A stretch of 64,000 bases of DNA from Laetmonice hystrix (lineage: Eukaryota), in NCBI GenBank assembly GCA_965235115.1, contig OZ249443.1, positions 15,438,001-15,502,000 on the forward strand, written 5' to 3'. Shown piece by piece: positions 1 through 13,000 of the stretch (position 1 is the first letter of the stretch; every line of letters begins with the position of its first letter). The notes below the pieces were generated by a model, which was given only the letters and a program-made list of their open reading frames with translations, did not search any database and was not told the origin of the DNA. A program made the position numbers and the translations under genes.

Positions 1-846
1 AGTTAGTTTTCTTTTTATAGCGGAGGGTCACTGAGACGCTGCAGACTTGGATTATGTGAGGTCAGGTGTTCTCAGAGAGGTACGGGTCCCGGGTTGAACC
101 TACAGATCGTATTGTACCGTATACTGTATAGGGTCTGCTGCCTAAATCTGTTCTAGTCTTTGATCGCAGCTAAAGACTATAAGAAACGAACATTTTACAT
201 CCATTCACCATTGGATATAGAATTCAAGTCGCCCCTACTATTCTGTGGCCTATAATCCCTCCGAGATCATAGAATTGATTCCTTAATATCGATTACAGTT
301 CAATACGTAAGTCTCAAACGGTCGCTCCCTGGGGCCCGTCCGTCGTTTGAATGACCTCCGGTAGGTGGCGTGACGTCGGCTTTGCCCAATTTGTACCAGT
401 GAAGTGGTCGGAGGTGTTTTCTGGTGTCAAACTCTATGTTTGGGGTTATTAAGGTCACTGATCAATGACAGCGTTCGATCTCCACTTCTTTATCTATTCC
501 ATGTACACCTCTTATTACATATAATAGACAGAGCTCACAGTTCTATCCATACTGGTTTATGGAAGTACATGTATATGTTGCAGGCTGATACCTTTCTAGG
601 TCAACTTCACAAATCTAAATCTATATCTCTCAGTAACAGTACAGTAACGAACAATAACGAAGAACTAGAACCAAAGGCTTGAATTAGACACCATTACCAG
701 GTATAGAATTTCCCTGCAGAAAGTTCCCTTGAGTCATTCCGATGGGGAAAAAATTCCTTCAAAAATGAAAATAAGTATTTGATCTGAGTATAAACCTTGT
801 GTCCCAGTACCCTGGTACACGTAAATTGAGACCCTAGTATACCCAC

Positions 847-1058
847 CTCCTGCTGCAGGTTGACCTTTCCTCCCGGCTGTGACCCCACGTGTTGTCTTCC
901 CTCCAGGACGGTACGGTCGAACACGTTCCACAGTACTGAGATCTGACATGGAGTCACTGATATCACTGTCCATACCCACGGCTTGACCCGAGTCGGTGTG
1001 AACCTTGGCTGGGAGTCGGTTACCTGGACGACCACTCGATGTAACTCCTTGTCTTAAC
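847..1058 (-). CDS. AKNA: AKNA exon (Ser/Arg-rich)
   Basis: Within ORF 734-1123; acceptor ctgtccag|G (an in-phase alternative lies at about 1127); donor G|GTGGGT. Confidence 0.65.
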
Positions 1059-4000
1059 CTGGACAGATTATTGTTCACAATATTCACACTTATGTTAGCT
1101 CTAAAGGGGGTAAGTATTAGCATAGACCTGGAAACAGTGTGTTTCCATGTCTGTGGTATTAGTTAATATCATTGTGAGGGAAATATAGTCTGGTAATATT
1201 GTGTCACCCGCGGCAGTGTCTCTCTCGTATCAAACTGGGCTTCTTCTATTCTGACAGGTCCATGTGATTGGGTCGGCATACAGTGAGATTCAAAGTACGT
1301 TTATCCTAAAACCGAATAACTTTTACATACCAACAATCTGTTAGGAATGGGGAGACGAGGGAAGGTGAGGTTATTGGGGTCAATGTAAGGTGGGTAGCGT
1401 CACTATAAGACTTGAGAATCACTGATATATATCGTATCTATAGCACGGCAGTACAGAGTTGGGGAGGGGGAGAGTCCGCAAAGTGCACCAACAGTGACAA
1501 TTTCACAAATACGAATTTATGAATCCAAGATACACATGTACCGGTAAACCCATTCAACTTTCCACAAGCCGTTGCTAGGGACGGTAATTCAGTAGCTTCA
1601 GTAACTTCAGAACTTTCACGTCACCCAGGGCAGTGTGATCAGCACGTATCTGGTGTCGTCATCTGCTGGCCGGAGGGGGGGGGGGGGGGTTGAGGGACCA
1701 ACAGTGTCAGTAATTATTTGGCCCATTTCACGATTTTCAAGGACATTCCAGGCCTTCAATTTATTTGTGCAAATTCAAGGCCTTCAATGTCCCGCGGAGA
1801 CCTTGACCGCAGAGAACCAATCGACATGGAGAAATAGTTTTTAAAATATAAGAAGCGAATAGAAACAGTGCACTGCAAATGAAGCCTGCACGGCAATTCT
1901 GTGAGACCAGCCATAAGTATTACCTGCTCCCAACCCATTGCATATCAAAACTCTTCCAAACTATTATTGAGAAACTTTCTATTTCAAGCAACGCAGCCAA
2001 CACCACAAAAGCTTCTAAGTTTACCCACGCTTCAACTACATTAACGTGTCCTAATATGTCACACTCACATTACAATATGCAAATTACCTGTCCTTATCTG
2101 TACCCTGATTGGCTGCTTTCCTACCGGCCTCTGAACCCACGTACCCACTGTCCTTGTCTTCACGTTCGCGACCTCTAGGAAACCCTGCCAGTCGGTCCTG
2201 TCTGATCGACTTGTCAGATTTACGTGAAGGAGAAGGCGTTACGCTGCCATAACTGTCATACTTCCTCCCACTCTGGGGCTGTTTGAAAAAATGACAGAGA
2301 AAAAACGTTAACCAGATTATGTTAACCATTTACAGTCTGAAGTACGCTGTGCAGATGACGAGATCCATAGCCAAGTGTCGGGAGGGGGGCTAACCTGTTC
2401 CATTAAAAAAAAGACGATACAACGACCCATTTTTTAGCCATCAGTTTCCAATAAAGAATCGCACGATGCAGAAATAAAGAATCACGCTAAAGGCGGTTTG
2501 GGGGAGGGGGTTGGCAGTTTTCATTTTTAAAAAACCTCACCATTTTGTTTGGGAGACGTTTGGACTGCCGCCGTTGTCTTGTTGTCGAGTCTGTAGCCGT
2601 TGAATTGTAGTCACTGCTCACCTTGGGATCATCACGTTTACCTGACAAAGATCAGAGAAATATCTGACGACTGTTTTATATTACCGAGAAGTTTCCATCC
2701 CCTAAATACGCTAACCTGGCGCCAATAGTAAATGGTTTAAATTGTAATCAAGTGTATGTTTTCCCAGTGTTTACCTCTGGAATGTCTTCCAATGGACAGA
2801 TCACTTTCGTTCAGGCCTGGTAAACTGTCACTCTCCTGACCCTGAAATAAATGACCACAATCAGAACCTCATACACCCTACGACTATCTTACCTTTCAAA
2901 AGGTAGAAGGCTGAGGCATGCTTACAAAAACTGTCCTGACAGCGACCAAATAGCATTGTCACTCATACATGAGATGAGAGAGTGCCTCAATGGAGAAAAA
3001 AGACTGCCAGGGTTTAATATAGACGAGGTGCAATGTATTCTTACAAGTATTTGTACAGAGTAGTGAGCTGGTTTCATATTTAAGGTACATGTAATGAGAT
3101 ATAAATACCAAGAAGTATATGTATAATTTCATATTTTTGCTGTATAAGCACTGTTGTTGTTCTGTTCCTGGAAGTGTAAAAAGCATCTAAGCTATCAGTT
3201 ACCAATGTATTGTACGACTTCCTTTTCCAACACAAGGAAGACCGCCAACCTAGGCGATTGTTGTGGAACCAATAAAAAAAGGTATTTGTATTGACTAGTC
3301 ATTAAGTTTTCAACACTCCATTCCGTTACCATACCTTCCGCCCTATTTTTAACCATACCTTGTATTGTAATATGAATGAATACATGTAAACTGATTTATA
3401 TATATACATGTGTACCATTGAACGGGTTTTCAGCAAAACAGATTTCCTTACAACCTGGCAACCGATTGAGCTATCAATTTTTGTTTGTTTGTATCTTGTC
3501 CCAGACCTGGAGGGGAACATTTTCTGTGAATATGGAGACATTCTAGTGACGTACCTTGGAGCGGCTGCGGTACAAATCGAGCGAGGACGGACGACCGGGA
3601 GCCTCGGACGCTGATGACATGAAGTTATCATTCACTGGGTTATAACTACAACAACAAAACGACATGGACGATTATATATTGATCCGTTAAATGATGCCTA
3701 GATACAAAATGATGCCTAGATACCGTTGGTACGAAAATCGTGTTAGGGTTCAAAATTAGGTGTTAATAATGAAAATGATTGATATACATGTGTATTTAAT
3801 ACAAGCAAGCACTATTAGATTTAAGCAACGATTTGAGGCAGGATCGAAAGTTATTAATTTTGAACAGATAGTCACAGAAAGTGCCATCATGAGTTGACAA
3901 ATAATACAGGACAACTGTTGCTTTCTTATGATTTGCCGACTGGTTATTTCCCATTTGCTACAGACACATTTACTGAACCCGACGCTTTGTCCTCTGAGGT

Positions 4001-7000
4001 TTACCCTCTAGTACCAGTGTATGCCGCCTGGGAGCAGCACTTCCCGTATATCAAACGCGACCACCTTCCTGTCAACTATGGTACCATTAATACTGTACAC
4101 CAGTAATCACCAAAATAGACTATATCCCTACAAAAATAAATACACTAACACTGACACCTATACATGTATGTACAAGCAATTATGTACAATGACCGACAAT
4201 TTCTGACAACATGAATAACATGTTACATTTGTCACTGAACACAATAACATGTTACTTGCAGGCTGATCAGGTTAAGCAGGGACTATTGAGAAAATTTCAT
4301 GACCCGCCGAACATACCAAAGTATATAACCGGTAGTTAATTTTTCAAACGTTTTAAGACAATATGTACATGTAAAGGGATGGCGTTTAAATCGAAAGTCA
4401 CATTTGATACCACATTTGTGTTATTCTGCGGAATCGAATACATTTTCAAGTCCAGGAAATTAGAGGAATTCTGGGAGAAAAAGGGGGCAACCATGAGAGA
4501 TGGAATATAACAAAGGAGGGGTCAAACAACCTGTGAAAAAATTTCACATGCCTCCACGTAATGCTGGAAGTTATAATAGAGCTAACACTAGCCATGCTAC
4601 AGAGTTATTGGTCTGAAACTATGAACAAAGCTTAGACAGACAAAAACTTAATCACACTGGGGGACAAAGTCTAAGACTTACTGCCGTGCCCTAGCAGACC
4701 TGAGTAAAAAGCAAGCACGACCGGTGCCAAGATATTAGATATTAGCCGTTATAGCAGCGTTTGAAAATTAACATATCAAAGCTGTGATTAAATGATATAT
4801 TTGCTTACTGTCAGATGATTGACCAATATAGACAATGTTCTGACCCAACGATAGCCATAAATCAATGCCAGTGCAAGTTCATCTTTAGCCATTAACGACC
4901 GCTGATTTATTCAGTGAATTTTGATATAAACTCTTCTTGATTTCTACAAGAATCTTTCGGTGAAGCGAGGTGAGGCCAATTCTGAAGCTACGTTACAGGG
5001 TGATTGCGATTAATATGTGATCAAAAGTCAGGTTTTTGATTTTTACAGGGTGATTGCGATTAATATACATGTATGACCAAAAGTCAGGTTATTGGAATCA
5101 CAACACTTACTGTTTCTCAAGCTCTGGCGGCAGGGCGGGTTTCCTATGGTCCGGGGTCTGTTCATAGACCCGACGCAGTTTCTGTCAAAGATAAAACATG
5201 ACATACTTGGTAGGAGAATGAGAAATCTGAAAAAATAACGTGTAACATACCTAGAGACCACACACAGACATCTGATCTACAGATCCCCTGATATAATAAT
5301 GAAATCCTTGGTCAGTGTATAACCTTGACCTCTCACCTTGAGCAGTCCGTCGACCTCGCGATCACGTTGTGGTGTTTTCTTCAGTTGTTTGAGGCGGCGG
5401 TAACGGTCCATCAGACGGTCATAATCTTTGTTTAACTGGTGAATCTGGACGTCCATATCGTCAGGACCGCCAGCAAAACTTCCTACACTCGGCGGTCTGT
5501 AACAACGACAAAAATAACTGGTGAATCTGGACGTCCATATCGTCAGGACCGCCAGTAAAACTTCCTACACTCGGCGGTCTGTAACAACGACAAAAATAAC
5601 TGGTGAATCTGGACGTCCATATCGTCAGGACCGCCAGTAAAACTTCCTACACTCGGCGGTCTGTAACAACGACAAAAATAACTGGTGAATCTGAACGTCC
5701 ATATCGTCAGGACCGCCAGCAAAACTTCCTACACTCGGCGGTCTGTAACAACGACAAAAATAACTGGTGAATCTGGACGTCCATATCGTCAGGACCGCCA
5801 GCAAAACTTCCTACACTCGGCGGTCTGTAACAACGACAAAAATAACTGGTGAATCTGGACGTCCATATCGTCAGGACCGCCAGCAAAACTTCCGACACTC
5901 GGCGGTCTGTAACAACGACAAAAATAACTGGTGAATCTGGACGTCCATATCGTCAGGACCGCCAGCAAAACTTCCTACACTCGGCGGTCTGTAACAACGA
6001 CAAAAATAACTGGTGAATCTGGACGTCCATATCGTCAGGACCGCCAGCAAAACTTCCTACACTCGTGGGTCTGTAACAACGACAAAAATAACTGGTGAAT
6101 CTGGACGTCCATATCGTCAGGACCGCCAGCAAAACTTCCTACACTCGGCGGTCTGTAACAACGACAAAAATAACTGGTGAATCTGGACGTCCATATCGTC
6201 AGGACCGCCAGCAAAACTTCCTACACTCGGCGGTCTGTAACAACGACAAAAATAACTGGTGAATCTGGACGTCCATATCGTCAGGACCGCCAGCAAAACT
6301 TCCTACACTCGGCGGTCTGTAACAACGACAAAAATCGTAAGTAAATCTCACGGACAGTAGTTTTTTTAAACCAGTTCATTTTATGTCTTCATGGACCAGT
6401 TAAAGGGGCATACTATGAAACACGTTTTTGAGGATTTCCAGCAATTATCCAACATGACCGTGTACTAGGGATCCAAGTAAATAATCCTACCACAGCATTT
6501 TGTCCTCCGACGTGTTTTTGCTGCGTATGCAGCACAAGTAGGTTCTATACGACCAAACCTATAATTTCTCCCGATAGCACATCTCCCGCCTGGCGGACAA
6601 CCTCCCATCAACCCGTGTAATTGCATACTGTGTCACATCCTGTGTGTGCACTCTCTGCATGTGCTTAGTTACGTGCTTTGCTTAGTTGTAAACAATTCAG
6701 CAGTGGCCCTCGATCGCCCGGCATCAGAATGCCACCCAAAAAATATTTTACGAAATCGGCAGAGAAGCAGGCAAGGGAGCTTCATAAACTTCGATTTCTC
6801 GCGCAAAATGAAACTGATAAGTCTGTCTTTGTTTACCAAGCAATTTGAATGAAGGATCTCTTTATGAAAACAGCAAAAGTTCTATGAAATACCGATTTTT
6901 AATGTTTCCTCATAATATGCCCCTTTAAAGTAAGGCTGGCTCCGCTCATCCTGCTGCACACCTACATCATTTCTCTACTTTCAAACTGAAGTTGAGCTAT

Positions 7001-10000
7001 ACCAACTGACTTTGAAAAACATGCGCAATTTGCAGGAATGTCAATGACCTTTTGAGAAGGGAACACAACGTTGACATCATGACAACTCAGAACCCGAGAT
7101 TGGGCAAATATTTCACTGGGACACCAGGATACCACCCTTCCCCCTCCATCACCCCCTCCCCCCCCCTTGTGAGAACTTACGACGGCTCACCTGTTAGGAG
7201 CAAGGTCCATGGGTGCCGACCCGGAATCTTTCTTTGCGCCCATGGCAGCCACATTAATGGTGTGATCAGCCTTGAACGGTACACGGGTACTTGACTTGGC
7301 CTTGACACTCTCCTCGACTTGGTGTTCAATGTTGTCCATCTTCATGCTCAACTTGTAAACTTCACCTACATTCAATAATTGTTTTATCCTTACAATGCAG
7401 CCTGGGGGTAATTATCAATATCTCTAATATGAAACATCAGTGAAGGAAACTTCATTTTAAAATAATCAGAAACATATTTTAAACCTCACAGTTGGACTTT
7501 CTGAGGCACATACTACCTTTAGTCCTGAATTCATATGAAATAGATTATCAGCCATCATGTAAATTATGCCCACTGGTCCTCCCCCAATGATGCCATGCCT
7601 ATACTGAACTGACCTTCGATGATCTTGTCGCTGTCGAAGCCCGGTGTGTGTTGTGGGAGTTCTCCACGGCGGACCTGGAGGGCGTGTTCAGACTTGGTGT
7701 CCCTGTATTCTTGCTGGAGATTCTCGTAACTATCCTTGATATTCTGCAGGGCCTGAACCTGGTCCTTCGTCGTCAGGCAGCTCTCACTTATCAACATCAT
7801 CAGGGCTTGAGTCTGACACGTGACGACAAAATAATCAACTCAGAGAAATCGAAACAAGTCAAGGATTGACGGATTCTCCAGCTGGTTCTATTAGTGTTAC
7901 GTTCACTTTATTTGTAAGAACTCTGGCGGATAGAAACACTTTTATAGTGTCGATAAGATTATGTAATAAAGTTTTCTACTTTTAATCAGGTTAAACGGTT
8001 CAAGTTGATGCATCAGTTTTCTACCAGCAATAATTAGTCAGCTTTTAAACATCCTTGTCTAATCTTTTATTGGTGACAATGAAAGAATGGTTAAAATAAG
8101 GTTCTACCTTTTCATCGACAGCCTTAGCCTTGGCCAGGAGGGACAATTTTGAACTTTCCCCTTTCATTGATGCCATGAGATCTCCGCCAGGCCTCTCTGA
8201 CAATTGACCTTCACCTAGATGACCTTGGTCTGTTTGCTGACCTCTGGCTGACCTTTGTCCACGAGCAGACGAAGGTCTGCTTACTGGGGCTTTTGAAAGA
8301 ACAATACATGATTTTATATTTATTGGATTTACAAGTCAAATTACGCTACAAAAATACCAGCGTTTCCGAATTTAAAACAATTGGTATATTACTGCATGAC
8401 CCTTTTTGTACTACAAATGTTTCCTACCTTGAGGCTGCCCTGTGGTCATGCTGTTGTTCAAACTTCCCCCACAGGGTGGCGCTTTTTCCGGCTTTGCTCC
8501 AGTTGGTGGGCCCCCATTGGCTGTTCCTTCCGTAGTGGTGAGCTCGACGTGTATGGGGATGGTGGCCCCGATACGCAGTGAGTCTATCGTATTCTCAGCT
8601 CGAGCATATTTCTGTAAGAGGCTGTTGTAATCATGCTGTAGCTGTTGTAGTGTCTCCTCGTTCAGCTGGCGTTGTTGTGCTTCCTGTAGGTGGACAAATG
8701 AATTAAGGTTATAAAACTGGCCTCAGACATACCAATCAACGGTTACTTTATATCTATGTTATTCCATAACATAGGCTGTGGACTGAATATCGGTAATCGA
8801 ACTAGTTGACCATAGGTAGAAACTATTGTAGTACAGCTGTGGCATTTATAAATTATTGTAATACAGATGTGGCAGAAGTTATTGTAGTGAAAATGTGGCG
8901 GAAATTTTGTAGTAAAGTTTTAAGACCTAGAAGAAAATACCTTCAGCCTCAATCATGCAAAAAATGCCAACCTAAAACCCAAGCTTTACTATACCTTGAC
9001 CACAGACATAGTTCTCTTACGGTAATCTCAACCACAGTTTACAAAGAGTTTCACTGTTTGTTCCCACCTCACACTGATTCTGTTTCAGGCCACTGTATTG
9101 CTGAGATTACCATAGGGAATCATATACCATGAAACCGTTAACTGTCACCCAGGCTTGGAAACTTCTATCAGCATCCTTTGTCTACAGGCAGTGTTTAAAT
9201 TTATTCTTTCTACTCATCTACTTGTAACCTTTCCCTTGACAGCTGATGTTAGAGGGTGAAGCCACTGTTAGATATCTGTAAGTTTCTCCCCAGTTCGTCT
9301 ATATTGCCGGGTTAAGCGGGTCCCCCCATGGTACATCCCTGTTCCAACTGGACCGCAGCCATTTCTGATGCACCTCCTCTAACCCTACATGATCAGTCAT
9401 ACTTACCCAAATAAGAACTTTTAATATAAAGCTATAATCCTGGAAGTTCACACAATAATACGTCACTCAAACCACTTCACATCACACCAGTAAACCATCA
9501 GTAAGTCTATATAACATACACTTTACACACAACCAAACATAATTCCCCTACAGACGCTTATCCTCTTGAAATCACAAATTTTACAAGAGAGAACTTACCC
9601 AAAACCTATTATCATTTTGTAAACTGTTCAATGACTAAGGAGACTGTCTCACCTGTGTGTGATGTCCCGTACTTTCCTGTCTGTCTGAGTGAGGTCCCAA
9701 TGAAGAGGTTGCCTTCACGGGCTGTAACCGCCCAGCCCCACTCTGTCTTTGGTTCACAGACCTCCGTCTGTCTGCTGAAGATGGCCACAGATGGCCATCT
9801 GTTTTTAGAGAATTAGTTTTTGTTTTTGCACTTTTAACGGATTTATCGTCATGTCTGGTTTTGGCACTGGAATCCAAGGCATGTCCCGTGTCGGTGTCAC
9901 CGAGTAATAAGGACGTCGCCTTGTCTAACTCCGTCTCCTCTCCACAAGTCAGATTAGACTGGTCTTCTCTTTCCTCTGAGTCCTCTCTCCTGAAACTCCC

Positions 10001-13000
10001 ATCATGTGACGGACTATAACTGGGGATACCTCTGTTAGGAGAGTTCCCATTGGAGGTTCCATGTGGGCCTCTCCGCTGTGGGGTCGGAGGTAACGAACGA
10101 CCTCCATCTGACCCTGACAGTCGTCTGCTCGATCTGACCTTTTCTGGGGTCACGGGATGTGATCGTGTCGGTGTTATACTTCCAGGGCGCATCATTGAAG
10201 GTGAACCACTTCTTAGTACAGGGATCCTGGTATTCCTGGAACCGTCCGAACCAGTTGCCTGGCGACTGCTGACCTGGTTCGTTCCAGCGGTCATATCTAA
10301 ACTAGTAAATGTCAAGGCCTCGAACGGAGGTTGCTGGTTCTCAATCAAACTGTTGCTTTCTTCAAACGGAATTGTGTTGTTTAAATCAACCGACCCATTT
10401 AAAGAGCTTTGCCTGTCTATACTGTATGAAGCCTGGTCGTCATAGTTTGACCTTTGACCTTGTGACCTTTCGTCCACGATCTCTGACTGCCCCAGATAGC
10501 TAAGTCTCTGTGAACCCTCAGTGTCTGCGTGATCCAAAGCGTCAATCTGGGCGATCGTTTCCTTCCTCCTGGCGTATTCCTCCTCCAGTGAGTTATCTAA
10601 TGGTTCCTCGCTCTCCTCATCCAGGCTGTAACGGTCTGACGCACGGCGGTCATAGTCCTGGGGAAAGGTCATGTAGTTATCCGTGAATCTAGACGGTGGA
10701 CTGTGTTGATGTCTGTCTTCATCATCATCTCCAGCATCGTCACCTTCTCCGTACTCCTGCCTGACACCCAAACGTTTGCTACCAGTGTGGTCCTGGTGCC
10801 GGACGCCGGGGGAATACCCGCGTCCCTCCTGGTCCTCCTGGTCCTCTTGGTCCTGGAGACCCTGGAGGTAAGCTCCGATCAGGTCCATATTCTCCCCGGA
10901 GTGGTTACTCCGGGTCTCCACACCTCCTCCATGGACGGCCGCCTCCAATTGTTCAAACTCCAGGAGTGAGTGTCGGTTATGGTAGGAGAGTTCTTGATCT
11001 TCCTGAGTAAACAATGAGTCACCCACTACACGCGGCCTCCTGTACAACCGCCCAACCTCGTCACGCATTTCATTACTGTGGTCCGAGGAAGTATACTCAA
11101 CTCTGTGTCTCTGAGCCCCACCACTCAGGAGGTACGCAGCCATGGACTGGCTACTCCGGTCACGAGGTCCATCCTCGCTATACCGCTGAGATACACTCCG
11201 CTGGGAGTACCCATTGCTGTAGGATCCCGAATGTCTGTACGGATACTCACGAGGTTGGCTGTAAATGTCGGAACCTCTGGTATAGCTAAACTGGGATGAC
11301 CTCCTGGATATATCTGGCCCGTCACCTCTCCCGTCATTCATAAAAAGTCCATTGCTGTCTCTAGTATCGTTCCCTTCGAAATCAGAGAAATCGTTCAAAT
11401 CCCCGACATCAGCATCAGTTTTAGATTGGTCATCGCTACTGGTTAATAACGTGTCATCAAGTTCAGGTAGGTCAACATCAAGGTTACTGCCGAGGGAGGC
11501 TTGGTCAAAGCTGTAACCTCCAGCCACAGACGCTGACGCCTCAAGGTCACTGATGTTCAAACTCTTTTCGCCAGCAGGATAGGAGCCACTCCGATAGACA
11601 CCATCTTCTCCGAACTCGTCCTCGTCATCCTGGATGTGGAGGTGATGGCCGTAGTTACGACCTAACCTTGACGGGTTGACCTTGCTGTAGGTGGAGTTAG
11701 ATGGTCGGCGTTCACCGGTACCAAACCCGGAGTCAGTACGGAGCGTGTAATGACTCAGGTCAGTGTCCTCTCTCCAGATACCGTCTTCATCCAGGAATCC
11801 TGAAATATACGCAAGTTAACAATTAAACTCACTAACAGAAACATGAGATACGTTCGGGTAGTCTAAGCTTCAATCGATTCTTGGTAGTGATTTCAGTCTG
11901 AATAAAGTCTTCGCAAATAAATCTGGCCACCACGTCTCCGTCAAATCCTGTCTGCCCTAAGCAACCTGACCATCAACCTGTATGCAAAAACATTTTTCTA
12001 TAGATCCATGCTATGATATTTTCTCATGTACTTTTAGAAAAAGTGAAACAACAATAAACATGAGCATGGTTTTATTGATTTCATGATATCGGATATCAAA
12101 CAGATCAAGACCTCCTTCAAAGATCAAATCGTCCTTCTAACCGCAACAGCTCTGTGGAGTTGTGCCAATTCCTCGTGTTGATGTCCCACTCTCTAAACAT
12201 AGCGTACGTATCATAATACTGCACTTATAAGACGACTGTTTCTTGCCCTGTTTTCTCCTTACATGGAAGTGTCTGTTCAGGACTATGTTGAGAACTTTTT
12301 CTAATTTCTACTCGAGAATTACTCTAATAAGCGGAACCGAACAATAAACCATTATGATCCATTGTCGGTTGTAAAACTTACTAATCGATGTGTAGATATC
12401 TGATTTCAAATCGTGACGTCTGATTGAATAATTAAATGACACTATCATTCCGGTTAGCAATGTTAAACGGCATACTGTGTCACACCACAACTTGAGAGCT
12501 TCTCTCTGGCTATAGAAACTAAAGAAATTAACGCATAGGAATCTGAAAAAAAGTCGTTCTCACATAAAGCTATAAAAATTCAGTAAAAATGACAATGTTA
12601 AGGTTATACTTCACCCACAGTACTACAGGTGCCACCTGTCCTGGTTATATACCGTGTCTGATCACTTCTACCGTCTGTCTGAGATAACACATGGGATCTT
12701 TATCTGCCTGGGAGTGAGGGGGCGGGTAAAAACTGAAACTACATGCCTCTATAGCTTACACTGCAGAGATCTTACTGTCAGACATGGTGACGGAGATTGA
12801 AGTGTCTTATCTGGCAGAATGCTTTGTTCTGTTAAAATACTATTGCCACAATTAATCTACTTTTAATAAAATAATGTTTCCATCTTACATAGACACCGAT
12901 TCCTTGCCTTTTCTTGGCCCCAAACTTGACGCTAGCCCCCAGTCCCGGCTCCCAGAACCTCCTCATAAAATCCCATCCCATCCATAGTTCTGCGGGCCCT

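Noticed and set aside
1-846. Further AKNA 3' exons (candidates near 310-421 and 30-100) and the AT-hook
   Set aside because: Donors and phases could not be resolved consistently, and no AT-hook motif was seen in the traced exons; left unannotated.
3894-4106. Plus-strand 70-aa ORF inside AKNA
   Set aside because: Non-ATG start, no flanking exons and no recognisable family.
5434-6335. CRISPR-like appearance of the regular arrays (also 15295-17434, 32757-33929, 62347-63140)
   Set aside because: The units are contiguous with no unique spacers, there are no cas genes, and the DNA is a spliced animal locus.
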